Origin: a virus | Virus record (IMG/VR): IMGVR_UViG_3300027749_000042 | Strand: one strand, 5' to 3' | DNA length: 64,000 nucleotides | In this document: positions 9,107-19,345 of the stretch, in pieces | Layout of the letters: each line of letters opens with the position of its first letter | How positions within the stretch are numbered: position 1 is the first letter of the stretch | The notes under the pieces: model-generated | The model's database searches: none | Told to the model about the DNA's origin: nothing | What the model saw: the letters and a program-made list of their open reading frames with translations, nothing else | Position numbers and translations under genes: made by a program

Positions 9107-10855
9107 ATGTCTATTGATCCAAATAAATTTGGTATTAGCAAATCGCTAATTGATGCAGTAAATGAAGCACTCAAAGGTGGTCAGGTCAAGATTGATAAGA
9201 ATCATAATGGTAAGATTGATGGTCAAGATTTCAAGATGCTTCGTAAGGAAGAAATTGTTGATGAAGGCAATCCTGCTAATAAGGAAAAGAAGAACGCAGC
9301 TGCGGCGGCTGTCGGTGCTAAGAACCGAGATGGCCAATATCTAAGCAGAATGAATCCATCTGTCGCTGATAAGATTCGTGGTCGCGAAAAGATGTCAGGT
9401 AAAGATCGTCAGCAGCACGAAGAAGTTGAGCAGGTTGACGAGAAATCTGTATCAAAGGCTCAACAACACGCAGCCGGTGCAGCACTTGCTACACAGCGCG
9501 GCGAGTATGATGGTGGTAAGAAAGGCGGCGCAATCAATCGCATGGCTTCTATGAAGACTTCCGAGCTTCGCAAGTTTGCTGGCACAAAAACAAAGAGCCT
9601 TCCTACACACAAGGAAGAAGTCGAGCAGGTAGACGAGCTTTCAAAGGCTACTCTTGGTTCTTATGTAAACAAATCAGCAGCAAGTCTCGGAAAGGCTGGT
9701 TACAATGCGGGCAATACCGATGGCACTGCGGCTAAGTTAGATCCACATATTAATACTATAAACAAGAGATCAGCTGGCATCAAAAGAGCTGTAGGTAAAT
9801 TGGCTAAAGAAGACACTCAAATTGATGAGCTATCAACTGACACATATCACAAGGCAGCACACAAAGCTGCTAAGAAAGCTATGGGTGATGCTCAGGGTCG
9901 TTCTGGTCCTATCTTCAAGAAGTATGCTGGAATGGCTAATAAGTTCCGTGATAAGGGTATGGATCAGGAGAAGAAAGAGAAGGCGTCTAAGGATGCTAAG
10001 TCTGCAAAGATGAAAGCTTATCGTGCTGAGCGTGATAAGAATATGGAAGAAGAGATTCAGATTGATGAAATCTCGAAAGGAACTCTTGCATCTTATGGTT
10101 ATAAGGCCGGTAGACAAATGCAAGGTAATCAACCATCTGATCCTGATAAGTTTCGTAAGCGCACCAATCGTGAAAAGGGTTCTAAGTTGGCTTACGGTAA
10201 GTATTACGGCCACAAGGTAAAGGTACCTGCTACTGAAGAAGCAGAATCTGTTGATGAACTATCAAAAAATACTCTTGGTAATTATGCTCTAGCAGGAGTA
10301 AGAGACATTGCTTCTCGTCAGTATGCTCTTGGTAAAGGCGACAAATCTAATACGGGCAAGCTTATGAATCGTCGTAAGGGCGTTGATAAAGCAATCAGTA
10401 AACTTACTAAAGAAGCCACTGATCCTCGTGATTCAAGACCACAAACATATAGACCAAATAATACCGGATATGCTTGGGATAAACTATCAACAAGATCCTC
10501 ATCAAATCCTAAAGATAGTAAAGCAACTAAGTCTGGAAAACAATTAGGACTAAAGCATTCGATAAAGGGCGCATTAGGTTCTCATGGTCCAAAGGGTAAG
10601 TTGCCAGAAGCAACCGAGAATCCAATGGCAAAGCAACTGGCTGATAAGAAGGCTGCGATTCAGAAGACAATCGTTCAGAAGAAACTGCAGGTTATGCAGT
10701 CTAAAGCTAACAAGCAAATGTCTTCAATGAAAGAGGGTAAATGCTCTTGCACTGAAGGTAAAAAGTCTATGACATGTGAGACACACGGTGATAAAGCAAA
10801 GGGAATGAAGGGTGGCAAAGAGCCAATCCTAATGAACCCACCACTCAGAGACTAA
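9107..10855 (+). CDS. repeat-module putative internal head polyprotein
   Basis: recurrent [VI]DE linkers, EF-hand-like DKNHNGKIDGQD, DUF3008-like module. Confidence 0.7.
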   Translation: MSIDPNKFGISKSLIDAVNEALKGGQVKIDKNHNGKIDGQDFKMLRKEEIVDEGNPANKEKKNAAAAAVGAKNRDGQYLSRMNPSVADKIRGREKMSGKDRQQHEEVEQVDEKSVSKAQQHAAGAALATQRGEYDGGKKGGAINRMASMKTSELRKFAGTKTKSLPTHKEEVEQVDELSKATLGSYVNKSAASLGKAGYNAGNTDGTAAKLDPHINTINKRSAGIKRAVGKLAKEDTQIDELSTDTYHKAAHKAAKKAMGDAQGRSGPIFKKYAGMANKFRDKGMDQEKKEKASKDAKSAKMKAYRAERDKNMEEEIQIDEISKGTLASYGYKAGRQMQGNQPSDPDKFRKRTNREKGSKLAYGKYYGHKVKVPATEEAESVDELSKNTLGNYALAGVRDIASRQYALGKGDKSNTGKLMNRRKGVDKAISKLTKEATDPRDSRPQTYRPNNTGYAWDKLSTRSSSNPKDSKATKSGKQLGLKHSIKGALGSHGPKGKLPEATENPMAKQLADKKAAIQKTIVQKKLQVMQSKANKQMSSMKEGKCSCTEGKKSMTCETHGDKAKGMKGGKEPILMNPPLRD

Positions 10856-10919
10856 ATAGGAATAGCGAAACATATATTATGCCGAGTAGTCACAACGAAA
10901 AGCGAAAAGGAATAAGAAA

Positions 10920-11666
10920 ATGTCACTATGGGGTTTTAGTAGAGAAAGCACACAGGTAGCTTCCGGAGCAAATACGGAAGCTGCTATCCGCAAAGGTTAT
11001 CGCCCACTTCCACTAGCAGGCGGTATTGGTCACTCATTTGATTTACCAGATGGTGGTAGTTATGCAAACAAGCGTAACGTCATCGCAACATCTGCTGGAT
11101 GGGTTCGTCGTACCAATCGCGTATCAGATGGCAATCAACGTCAGTTTGATGAAATATTGGTTGCAGCAAATCCAGGCAGTGGATTTAGATATACATCTAA
11201 TACATTTCTTGGTAGTCCAGACATTGTAGAAATCTTCGTGAAGCTAAATGCTAACGGAGTTATTTCTGCAAACGCATCTGGTGCTAACCTATATGTTGTG
11301 TTCAATATGCCAGTTCATAAGCGCCCATCAGGTAACCTTATGTCAATTAGCATTGCAAACACTGCTGGTGGTAATAACGCAGTTGCTCGTATCACAGCAG
11401 CTTCGGCCGCTCGTGCAAACGTGGCCAATAACGTAATGATCTTCACTCTACCTGCAATGCGTGGTGGTGTTGGTTCTGCAAAGGCTACATATCATGTGAA
11501 CGCGCAATCAATCTCAGTAACTGGTGGTGGTAACCCACTTTATAATCCAGACTTCGGTGTTACGATTACAGCTAACCTTGTAATCACAGGCGCAGTTGCT
11601 AATAATCTTACTCGCTTCAACGGCGAGCGTATTACCAACTTCACAGTTTCACCAGGCGGGCGCTAA
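10920..11666 (+). CDS. putative virion structural protein
   Basis: G/A/N/T-rich beta protein, MSLWG start, late context. Confidence 0.55.
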   Translation: MSLWGFSRESTQVASGANTEAAIRKGYRPLPLAGGIGHSFDLPDGGSYANKRNVIATSAGWVRRTNRVSDGNQRQFDEILVAANPGSGFRYTSNTFLGSPDIVEIFVKLNANGVISANASGANLYVVFNMPVHKRPSGNLMSISIANTAGGNNAVARITAASAARANVANNVMIFTLPAMRGGVGSAKATYHVNAQSISVTGGGNPLYNPDFGVTITANLVITGAVANNLTRFNGERITNFTVSPGGR

Positions 11667-11687
11667 TAAAGGATCGGGAGCTGAATA

Positions 11688-12068
11688 ATGGCTGACAAGA
11701 AAGTATCACAACTACCATCAGCGACAACAGCGGCATCTCCCGATTTGCTCCTGATTGTTACTGACGCTAATGGAACACCTACATCTAAACAGATTACTGT
11801 AAAGAAGCTATTTGGTGCAGTTCCATCCAACACCGTGTTCAGTGGGTCAACACTCACTGTACGCGCACGTACCACAACTACAGCAAACGTCAATGTTACA
11901 AAAACTCTCACTGCAAATATTGTCAACGTCACATTAGGTAGCACACCAGCTTCCAATAATGCGACAACTGTTGGTATGGCTGTAGGAGAAATGCGTTTCA
12001 CAAATACATACATCTATATTGCAGTCAACGCAACTACCATAAAGAGAGTTGCGCTTAATACATTTTGA
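11688..12068 (+). CDS. putative virion fibre/decoration protein
   Basis: MADKKVSQL...DLLLIV...KQIT fibre-type N-terminus. Confidence 0.6.
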   Translation: MADKKVSQLPSATTAASPDLLLIVTDANGTPTSKQITVKKLFGAVPSNTVFSGSTLTVRARTTTTANVNVTKTLTANIVNVTLGSTPASNNATTVGMAVGEMRFTNTYIYIAVNATTIKRVALNTF

Positions 12069-12520
12069 GGTGTGATTTGATTCATAAGATAATTGAGTTT
12101 CTTTTAGATAATGGTGCAGATGAAAATGAACATAGTCACCGATCACTATTAGAGCATCTAACTGGTACAGCAAGTTTACTTATGGACTGGGGCTGCTCTA
12201 ATCATATTGTGTATGCTGGTTTATGCCACTCAATTTATGGTACAGATTCATATCATACAGTTACCATAGATCCATCAAAGCGCGATGAAGTTCGTGCGTT
12301 GATAGGAGAGAAGGCAGAAGCATTAGCGTGGGAGTTCGGCAATCGCAAGAACCCACGCATTGTTTCGTTTATAAAAAACCAAGAAATAGATTTAGTTGTT
12401 ATTGAGTGCGCGAACCTTATAGAGCAGAAAGTTGAGCCACATCATTTGGCTGCTGCTCTTGCTATATCATTACCACATGAAGTCCGCAAGAGCGTAATCA
12501 ATTATTTAAAGGTCTACTAA
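12065..12520 (+). CDS. HD-like (DUF6817-type) protein
   Basis: HSHRSLLEHL.GT, AGLCHSIYGT. Confidence 0.65.
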   Translation: MRCDLIHKIIEFLLDNGADENEHSHRSLLEHLTGTASLLMDWGCSNHIVYAGLCHSIYGTDSYHTVTIDPSKRDEVRALIGEKAEALAWEFGNRKNPRIVSFIKNQEIDLVVIECANLIEQKVEPHHLAAALAISLPHEVRKSVINYLKVY

Positions 12521-12903
12521 TGGTCGGTGCAACAGAAAGAATCGAAGCTGCTATAGACAAGCTCGCTGATATTTCCAGTGACTTGAAAGCTATGATTGCG
12601 GTTCAAGAAACCAGACTGACTCAGCACGAAAAGCAAGCTGAGGTTATTGAAACCAAATTGGAAAAACGTCGTGAAGAATTGGATCAGAAATTGAAAGATG
12701 TTTATGATACGATACGCACACAAGACAAAGCCATATTAGACGAAATAAAAGCAGTAAGAGAAGAACAAAATATACATTATGCATGTTTGAATGAAAAGAT
12801 AGCTGCTATTCAGAAATACATATGGATGGCTATTGGAGGTGGTACTGTACTTGGCTATGGGTTCTCGTTTATAGTCACATTTTTTAAGGTACTTGGGCAC
12901 TAG
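12520..12903 (+). CDS. coiled-coil protein with C-terminal TM; holin candidate
   Basis: heptad region plus hydrophobic C-terminus, upstream of spanins. Confidence 0.5.
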   Translation: MVGATERIEAAIDKLADISSDLKAMIAVQETRLTQHEKQAEVIETKLEKRREELDQKLKDVYDTIRTQDKAILDEIKAVREEQNIHYACLNEKIAAIQKYIWMAIGGGTVLGYGFSFIVTFFKVLGH

Positions 12904-12913
12904 TGAAAGAGAT

Positions 12914-13303
12914 ATGAAAGGTACCTTGGACGAATCAAATTTTTTTCTATTTGCCGCAAAGCATTATACCAATCCGTGCATTGACGCAATAGAGTTCAAC
13001 GAAGACCTAGATAGGATTAAAAATCTACGTCGCTTATTCAATCGCTATGAAAAGAAAGGTGAGTTGAAGGAACGGTTGATACTGAATCACTTGGTGGTTC
13101 TTTACAATGTGTTTGAGCCAGAAGCTTTGACGCGAATGCTGACATTTAAGTTATATGATTACCTTGAGTATCTAAAGCCATTCTTGTTGTTATTGAATTA
13201 TTGGCCCGAAGCTGTACACGGCATTGGTCAAAGAAACGAGACGATTAGATCCACAGACGTTATGATGGATCGACAAATAATGGATACACTAAGGAAAATC
13301 TAA
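12914..13303 (+). CDS. conserved T4-like hypothetical protein
   Basis: NFFLFAAKHY.NP, LKERLILNH. Confidence 0.7.
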   Translation: MKGTLDESNFFLFAAKHYTNPCIDAIEFNEDLDRIKNLRRLFNRYEKKGELKERLILNHLVVLYNVFEPEALTRMLTFKLYDYLEYLKPFLLLLNYWPEAVHGIGQRNETIRSTDVMMDRQIMDTLRKI

Positions 13304-13638
13304 TGAGCGAAATCAAAGAAGATGGTGCACCAGTCAATGCTACAGGCGCAGCAGTCGCAGGCACAGGTGGCGGTGTTCATTGGAGTAAGAGACAACCAAA
13401 ATTGGGCCTCAAAGGTACCATGAAAAAGTATGGGCAACCCATACTGTTCAAGACCCTTCGTCGTAAAGCTATAAAAGAAGCCAGACGCACAGAAGTGGAT
13501 TACCAGCATGAATTAGATCGTAAGAAAGATGCTGGTGCAAATGAATCAAAATCCGTATATTACAAAGTCTTAAAGAAGCGTTTGCCTGCGGTCAGTCGCA
13601 CAAGCGCAATGGGAGACGGTTCAGACGGGAGCGAGTAA
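13303..13638 (+). CDS. hypothetical protein
   Basis: translationally coupled ORF. Confidence 0.6.
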   Translation: MSEIKEDGAPVNATGAAVAGTGGGVHWSKRQPKLGLKGTMKKYGQPILFKTLRRKAIKEARRTEVDYQHELDRKKDAGANESKSVYYKVLKKRLPAVSRTSAMGDGSDGSE

Positions 13639-14111
13639 TGGGTATAGGTATCAAAGTCGCAATAGCGGCAATTCTTTTTTCCATCGTATCAGGTGGATAT
13701 TTCTACATTCAAGCATTAGAAGGTAAGTTAGAGGCTGCTGCGGAAGTTCAGCAGCGCATGGAAGGTGTTATCAACCAGCAAAAAGCGCAGATGGATAGGC
13801 AGAATGAAGATATCCAGAAGATGCAGGAAATCAACACCGAAATAACCAAAGACTTTATCAAGACACAACAGGAAGCATCTGACCTTCGCTCGAAGGTTGC
13901 AGCGCCAAGACTAACAGCCGCATCTATCGCAAATGCTGACGATGTTCAAATGAAAATCAATCGTGGTACCAAAGCAGCGTTTCGTTGTAATGCGATTGCT
14001 ACAGGTTCACCCTTGACAAAAGACGAGCGTTCTGGTACTATGAAAAATGCAATATGTCCAGAATTAATTTCTTCTCTTATGCCTAAGGGAGTGGCTGCAA
14101 ATGCAAAATAA
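13638..14111 (+). CDS. inner-membrane spanin (Rz-like)
   Basis: N-terminal TM, coiled coil, C-terminal Cys; overlaps lipoprotein gene. Confidence 0.8.
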   Translation: MGIGIKVAIAAILFSIVSGGYFYIQALEGKLEAAAEVQQRMEGVINQQKAQMDRQNEDIQKMQEINTEITKDFIKTQQEASDLRSKVAAPRLTAASIANADDVQMKINRGTKAAFRCNAIATGSPLTKDERSGTMKNAICPELISSLMPKGVAANAK

Positions 14112-14460
14112 AATCTTACTGCTATGCGCTACACTATTGTTGGCGGGTTGCAATTCAACACCCAAGGTATTTGATAAGCCAGTTCTGATTGATCGCCCAG
14201 AACTTATTCTACCAACGGTAATGCCAGCCACACAAAACGATGTGGAGTGGATTGTTCTCACACCAAACAATATCGAAGCTAAGATAAAAGAAATGGGAGC
14301 CAATGGCGGACCGGTGGTGTTATTCGCTGTGACACCTGCAGGCTATGAAACTCTTGCAATCAATGCGGCTGAGATGCGCCGCTATGTTGTACAACAAAAT
14401 ACCATAATTGCTGGCTACAAAAAATACTACCGTAACTACAAGCTAGAGGCTCAGAAATAA
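14101..14460 (+). CDS. outer-membrane lipoprotein spanin (Rz1-like)
   Basis: lipobox LLAGC, Pro-rich segment. Confidence 0.8.
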   Translation: MQNKILLLCATLLLAGCNSTPKVFDKPVLIDRPELILPTVMPATQNDVEWIVLTPNNIEAKIKEMGANGGPVVLFAVTPAGYETLAINAAEMRRYVVQQNTIIAGYKKYYRNYKLEAQK

Positions 14461-14461
14461 C

Positions 14462-14490
14462 TTGACTAGTGCGATAATTCTGATTATAAT
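14462..14490 (+). promoter_or_regulatory. sigma70-type promoter for primase
   Basis: TTGACT-17-TATAAT, 6 nt before ATG (probably leaderless). Confidence 0.7.
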
Positions 14491-14496
14491 GAACCT

Positions 14497-15501
14497 ATGT
14501 CTAATATCACTGATTCGAAATACATAGCCCTCATCTCTCCCAAACTCTTGGTATTCAAGAAGAAGGGCGGCGCATATAATTTTCGTTGTCCTTTCTGTGG
14601 CGATTCCCAGAAAAACAAATACAAAGCCCGAGGCTATCTTTTTCCAAAGAAAGATGGCTACATATTCAAATGTCACAACTGCGATCTAGGTACCTCACTG
14701 TACAAGGTGATTGATACCATTGATCCTAATCTCGCTCGCGCATACAAGCTGGAATCATTCAAGGAACGTGGCTTAGGTAACGAGCCATTGCAGTTCTCTA
14801 TTCCAGATGTTCGCAAAGAAATCATAACCAAGACAGTTCTGGATGATATGCTGATAAAGATCAAGGATCTTCCGTCAGATCATTTTGCTGTGCAATATGT
14901 CAAGGGTCGCAAGATACCAAAGGATCGTTACGACGATCTATATTTCGCACGGGATATGAAAGCCCTAGAAACACTTAACCCTGCATATGAGGGCCGCCTG
15001 GTATCAGATGCTCGCCTTGTCATACCGTTTCGTAATGCGAATGGTAAACTAACAGGCGTGTCTGGGCGTGCGCTCGGTACATCCACACTCCGATATGTCA
15101 CTATGCGTATTGAAGACGAAGCCCTTGTCTATGGGCTCGATAAGGTAGATACAACAAAAACTATATACGTTGTAGAAGGTCCCATCGACAGCATGTTCTT
15201 ACCGAACGCAATTGCTGCTGGTGGTACTGACTTCACACGCGCTGTGCGTACCATACCTACAGATCGTGTTGTGCTTGTTTTTGATAATCAACCGCGTAAT
15301 CCACAGGTCGTAAAGAAAGTTGAATCATTTGTCGCTGGTGGGTACGGGGTCGTCATCTGGCCAGATCACTGGAAATATAAAGATATAAATGAAGCAATTA
15401 TTGATGGTTTGTCGCCAGAAGCAATTCACTCTATAATAAATACAGCTACGCATACTGGCTTGTCTCTCAAGCTTGCGATACGTTCCTGGAAAAAGTGTTG
15501 A
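14497..15501 (+). CDS. 61: DNA primase gp61
   Basis: CPFCGDS...CHNC zinc ribbon; TOPRIM VEGPIDS, FDN, KDIN. Confidence 0.96.
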   Translation: MSNITDSKYIALISPKLLVFKKKGGAYNFRCPFCGDSQKNKYKARGYLFPKKDGYIFKCHNCDLGTSLYKVIDTIDPNLARAYKLESFKERGLGNEPLQFSIPDVRKEIITKTVLDDMLIKIKDLPSDHFAVQYVKGRKIPKDRYDDLYFARDMKALETLNPAYEGRLVSDARLVIPFRNANGKLTGVSGRALGTSTLRYVTMRIEDEALVYGLDKVDTTKTIYVVEGPIDSMFLPNAIAAGGTDFTRAVRTIPTDRVVLVFDNQPRNPQVVKKVESFVAGGYGVVIWPDHWKYKDINEAIIDGLSPEAIHSIINTATHTGLSLKLAIRSWKKC

Positions 15502-15562
15502 AATAGCCGAGAGCAATTCTCGGAACGATGTCGTTTGTTCAAAAAGAAAATTGGAGAATTAT

Positions 15563-17470
15563 ATGTCTAACTCGTTACCTTCCCTCTATCAGCAATTCAT
15601 TCACCTATCAAGATATTCAAGGTTCATGTGGGATGAAGGGCGACGAGAAAGTTGGAGTGAAACGATCAGCCGATTCTTTGATTTCTTTGAGAGTCATCTA
15701 AAGAGTAACCATAGTTATGATACGACTCAGATTAGAGCCGAACTTGAAGATGCGGTTTTGTCTCTCAAGGTCATGCCATCTATGCGTTGCATTATGACTG
15801 CTGGTGAAGCTTTGAAGCGTGAGAACATCGCAGCTTACAATTGCTCTTATGTTGCTGTGAATAGTCCACGGTCATTTGATGAGATCCTTTATATTCTTAT
15901 GAATGGTACAGGCGTTGGATTCTCTGTAGAGTCCAAAGACGTAGAACAACTCCCCATCGTTTCCGAAGATTTTCATACCAGCGACACCACAATCGTAGTG
16001 GCCGATTCTAAGCTTGGTTGGGCTAAATCACTCAAGGAACTTATCGGCATGCTTTATGTCGGGCAGATTCCTCAGTGGGACGTATCCAAGGTTCGTGCTG
16101 CTGGTACACCACTAAAGACGTTCGGTGGTCGTGCATCTGGTCCAGAGCCGCTTGAGGCTCTATTCAAGTTCTGTGTCGAAACATTCAAGAAGGCCGCTGG
16201 TCGTCGTCTAAACACATTGGAAGCCCATGATATCGTTTGTAAGATTGCTGATATTGTCGTTGTCGGTGGTGTTCGTCGCTCCGCTCTTATTTCTCTATCT
16301 GATCTTTCTGATGACCGTATGCGCGTTGCCAAGTCTGGTCAATGGTGGATGGATCAGTCTCAGCGCGCACTAGCTAATAACTCTGCGGTCTATAAAGAGA
16401 AGCCTGATATGGGTCTGTTCATGGAAGAGTGGAAGTCTCTCTATGAATCAAAGTCTGGTGAACGCGGTATCTTCAATCGTGCGAGCGCGAAGGCTACAGT
16501 TATCAAGCATGGTCGTCGTAACCCTGATTATGATTTTGGTACCAACCCATGCTCCGAGATTATCTTGCGCGACAAGGAATTCTGCAATCTATCCGAAGTT
16601 GTCGTGCGCGATACTGACACGATGGAAACTCTTAAGGAGAAGGTCTACTGGGCTACCATTCTTGGTACATGGCAGTCAACACTAACTGGATTTAAATATC
16701 TATCATCATCTTGGAAGCGCAACTGTGAAGAAGAGCGTTTGCTCGGTGTGTCAATGACAGGAATCATGGATAATGACCTCACAAATGGAAAACTCCCAGG
16801 AATTGAAGGCCGCTTGGCAGAGCTTCGTGAAATTGCAGTCGCCACGAATGCAAAGTTTGCTAAAGAATTGGGTATTCCGCAATCTGCTGCTGTTACCTGT
16901 GTTAAGCCTTCTGGGACTGTTTCTCAGCTTACTGATGCTGCTTCCGGTATTCATGCTCGTCATAATCCTTATTATATCCGCACCGTTCGTGCTGATAAGA
17001 AAGATCCACTGGCTGCTCTCATGATTGATGCTGGCATTCCAGTTGAAGATTGTGCGATGCGCCCTAATAATGTTTATGTGTTCTCGTTTCCAATGAAGGC
17101 ACCAGAGAATTCGGTATTCCGCACAGATATGACGGCCATTGAACAGCTTGAACTGTGGGTTACATATCAGGATCATTGGTGCGAACATAAGCCTTCGGTT
17201 ACCATTTCTGTCAAGGAACACGAATGGCTTGAAGTTGGTGCTTGGGTCTATAAGCATTTTGACAAGATGTCAGGCGTGTCATTTCTTCCATTCTCTGACC
17301 ATGTGTACAAGCAAGCACCATATCAAGACTGCACGAAGGAAGAATACGAGGCCTTCGCTGCTAAGATGCCTAAGGTAATTGATTGGTCTCGTCTCGGACA
17401 ATATGAGAAGACAGATAATACCACAGGTGCACAAGAATTAGCGTGTGTTGCAGGAGGCTGTGAAATCTAA
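15563..17470 (+). CDS. nrdJ: class II (adenosylcobalamin-dependent) ribonucleotide reductase
   Basis: PSMR, YNC, GGVRRSA, TNPCSEI, CNL, KPSGT, C-terminal CxxxxC; no NrdB adjacent. Confidence 0.93.
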   Translation: MSNSLPSLYQQFIHLSRYSRFMWDEGRRESWSETISRFFDFFESHLKSNHSYDTTQIRAELEDAVLSLKVMPSMRCIMTAGEALKRENIAAYNCSYVAVNSPRSFDEILYILMNGTGVGFSVESKDVEQLPIVSEDFHTSDTTIVVADSKLGWAKSLKELIGMLYVGQIPQWDVSKVRAAGTPLKTFGGRASGPEPLEALFKFCVETFKKAAGRRLNTLEAHDIVCKIADIVVVGGVRRSALISLSDLSDDRMRVAKSGQWWMDQSQRALANNSAVYKEKPDMGLFMEEWKSLYESKSGERGIFNRASAKATVIKHGRRNPDYDFGTNPCSEIILRDKEFCNLSEVVVRDTDTMETLKEKVYWATILGTWQSTLTGFKYLSSSWKRNCEEERLLGVSMTGIMDNDLTNGKLPGIEGRLAELREIAVATNAKFAKELGIPQSAAVTCVKPSGTVSQLTDAASGIHARHNPYYIRTVRADKKDPLAALMIDAGIPVEDCAMRPNNVYVFSFPMKAPENSVFRTDMTAIEQLELWVTYQDHWCEHKPSVTISVKEHEWLEVGAWVYKHFDKMSGVSFLPFSDHVYKQAPYQDCTKEEYEAFAAKMPKVIDWSRLGQYEKTDNTTGAQELACVAGGCEI

Positions 17471-17625
17471 TGCCAGATAGAGATATTAGATGCCCTTGCG
17501 GCGAATATGAGTATACCATTTCATTTGAAAAGAATGGTAAGAAAGACGAACCATCATTCTGCGCCTTTTGTGGCGCAGATGTAGAAGACGCGAAGATTGA
17601 AGAACTCGAGGAAGATGAGGAGTAA
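17470..17625 (+). CDS. small zinc-ribbon protein (51 aa)
   Basis: CPC...CAFCG with acidic tail; read manually. Confidence 0.7.
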   Translation: MPDRDIRCPCGEYEYTISFEKNGKKDEPSFCAFCGADVEDAKIEELEEDEE

Positions 17626-17628
17626 ATT

Positions 17629-17919
17629 ATGAAACAGTGGTTATATTATGGTTGGGTAACATTCAAACATTGGTTTCTCTTTACATCGTGGACAATTTTC
17701 CACAGTAAAGAGGACCGAGCAGAACTGGTAAAGCTGTACAATGAAAGGCTTTTTCAGAAGAAGCAGATGGCAATATATGTTGCATATTTTGGTCGATTGG
17801 CAAAATATGATGAAATCGAAGACTTTACCCGTCTAGATTTGTATATCGGTGATTTAAAAGCCGATAGGTTTGATCTCGTAGACGAGTACTACAAGACTAA
17901 GGAAAAGAAGGACGAATAA
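17629..17919 (+). CDS. hypothetical protein
   Basis: GAGGAG RBS, coupled to next gene. Confidence 0.6.
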   Translation: MKQWLYYGWVTFKHWFLFTSWTIFHSKEDRAELVKLYNERLFQKKQMAIYVAYFGRLAKYDEIEDFTRLDLYIGDLKADRFDLVDEYYKTKEKKDE

Positions 17920-18620
17920 TGATTTCATTCATCATACCATGCTATAACGAAGAAGAACATATCAAAGATTGCATACGTTCTATTCGTAAACATGTGTGGT
18001 ACGTGCCGTATGAAATCATTGTGGTTGATAACAATTGTACCGATAAGACCGCTGAAATCGCAGAACTAGAAGGTGCTTTTGTTATCAAAGAATCTCGCAA
18101 GGGTGTTGTGTTTGCGAGACAAGCTGGCTATGAAGCTGCTAAAGGTTTTCTGATTGCTAACATTGATGCTGATTCCAAGATAACAGATGGTTGGGTTTGG
18201 GAAGCATTGAGTTGCCTATCTAATGAAAATGTTGTCGCTGTAAGCGGTCCTCTTGAATATGATGGTGCTAGTTTTGGTTTAAAGGTAATGACGAAACTAT
18301 ATTATCTTCTTGGCAAAGTGAGCAACGATTATATTGGTGTGTTTCTTCAAGGTGGAAACGCTATGATTAAAAAATCTGCTCTAGATAAAGTTGGTGGATA
18401 TGATCTATCAATTGCTTTCTATGGCGAAGACACTATGACAGCAAAGCGCATTCATCATCTTGGTAAAATAGTATTTAATATGTACATGATTACCACGACT
18501 TCACCTAGAAGACTTGAAGAGCAAGGCGTCCTCAAGACGACCTGGCTTTATTTGACTAACTATTTTTCCGTGACATTCAAAAATAAATCCACAACGAATG
18601 ATTACAAGGATTATAGATGA
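17919..18620 (+). CDS. glycosyltransferase family 2
   Basis: IIPCYNEE, VVDNN, IDAD, GED. Confidence 0.92.
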   Translation: MISFIIPCYNEEEHIKDCIRSIRKHVWYVPYEIIVVDNNCTDKTAEIAELEGAFVIKESRKGVVFARQAGYEAAKGFLIANIDADSKITDGWVWEALSCLSNENVVAVSGPLEYDGASFGLKVMTKLYYLLGKVSNDYIGVFLQGGNAMIKKSALDKVGGYDLSIAFYGEDTMTAKRIHHLGKIVFNMYMITTTSPRRLEEQGVLKTTWLYLTNYFSVTFKNKSTTNDYKDYR

Positions 18621-19345
18621 AGTCATACCGAACAGTATTCATCTCAGATATTCATCTGGGCACGAAAATGAGTCAAGCAGACCAGCTGCTTGAGTTTATG
18701 AAAACATTTGAGTGTGAGAAGATATATCTTGTTGGTGATATTGTTGATTGTTGGGCCATGTCAAAGAAAAACATATGGTCTCAATTTCATAATGACGTAA
18801 TTCAAAAGCTTTTACGTCGCGCTAGAAAGGGCACAGAAGTTGTATATATCCCAGGAAACCATGACGATGTTATGCGTAACTATTGCGATAACGAATTCGG
18901 TCATATTATTATGGTTAGGGAAGCCATACATGTGGGAGTCGATAATCGGTTATATCTTGTTACTCACGGCGATCAGTTTGATGTGGTAATTAGAAATGCG
19001 GAATGGCTTGCACATCTTGGTTCATGGGCATATGATCTTAGTATCGACATGAGCCTTTTTATTAATAAAATCGGAACCGTGTTTGGTATGAAATACTGGT
19101 CATTGTCTGCCTATTTAAAAGGTAGAGTAAAAGAGTCGGTAAATTTTATTGGCAACTATGAAGAGACGCTATGTAATTATGTGAGAGGCAAAAATCTTGA
19201 CGGAATTATATGCGGGCATATTCATCATGCTAATATTCGTGATATTGGCGGTATTAGATATATGAATTGTGGCGATTGGGTAGAATCGTGTACCGCATTG
19301 GTTGAGAACCATGATGGTACATTTGAAATTGTGAAGTGGAAGTAG
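18617..19345 (+). CDS. LpxH-like/PlcP-type metallophosphoesterase (phospholipase C candidate)
   Basis: SDIHLG, GDIVD, GNHD, HGDQFD, GHIH, NCGDWVES; NDVIQKLLRRARKG. Confidence 0.85.
   Translation: MKSYRTVFISDIHLGTKMSQADQLLEFMKTFECEKIYLVGDIVDCWAMSKKNIWSQFHNDVIQKLLRRARKGTEVVYIPGNHDDVMRNYCDNEFGHIIMVREAIHVGVDNRLYLVTHGDQFDVVIRNAEWLAHLGSWAYDLSIDMSLFINKIGTVFGMKYWSLSAYLKGRVKESVNFIGNYEETLCNYVRGKNLDGIICGHIHHANIRDIGGIRYMNCGDWVESCTALVENHDGTFEIVKWK

Noticed and set aside
9107-10855. CRISPR array or DNA tandem repeat
   Set aside because: The repeats are degenerate and conserved at protein level within one ORF; no fixed-length repeat-spacer pattern anywhere in the window
15563-17470. Intein or intron in nrdJ, primase or helicase
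   Set aside because: Lengths and motif spacing are continuous with no insertion
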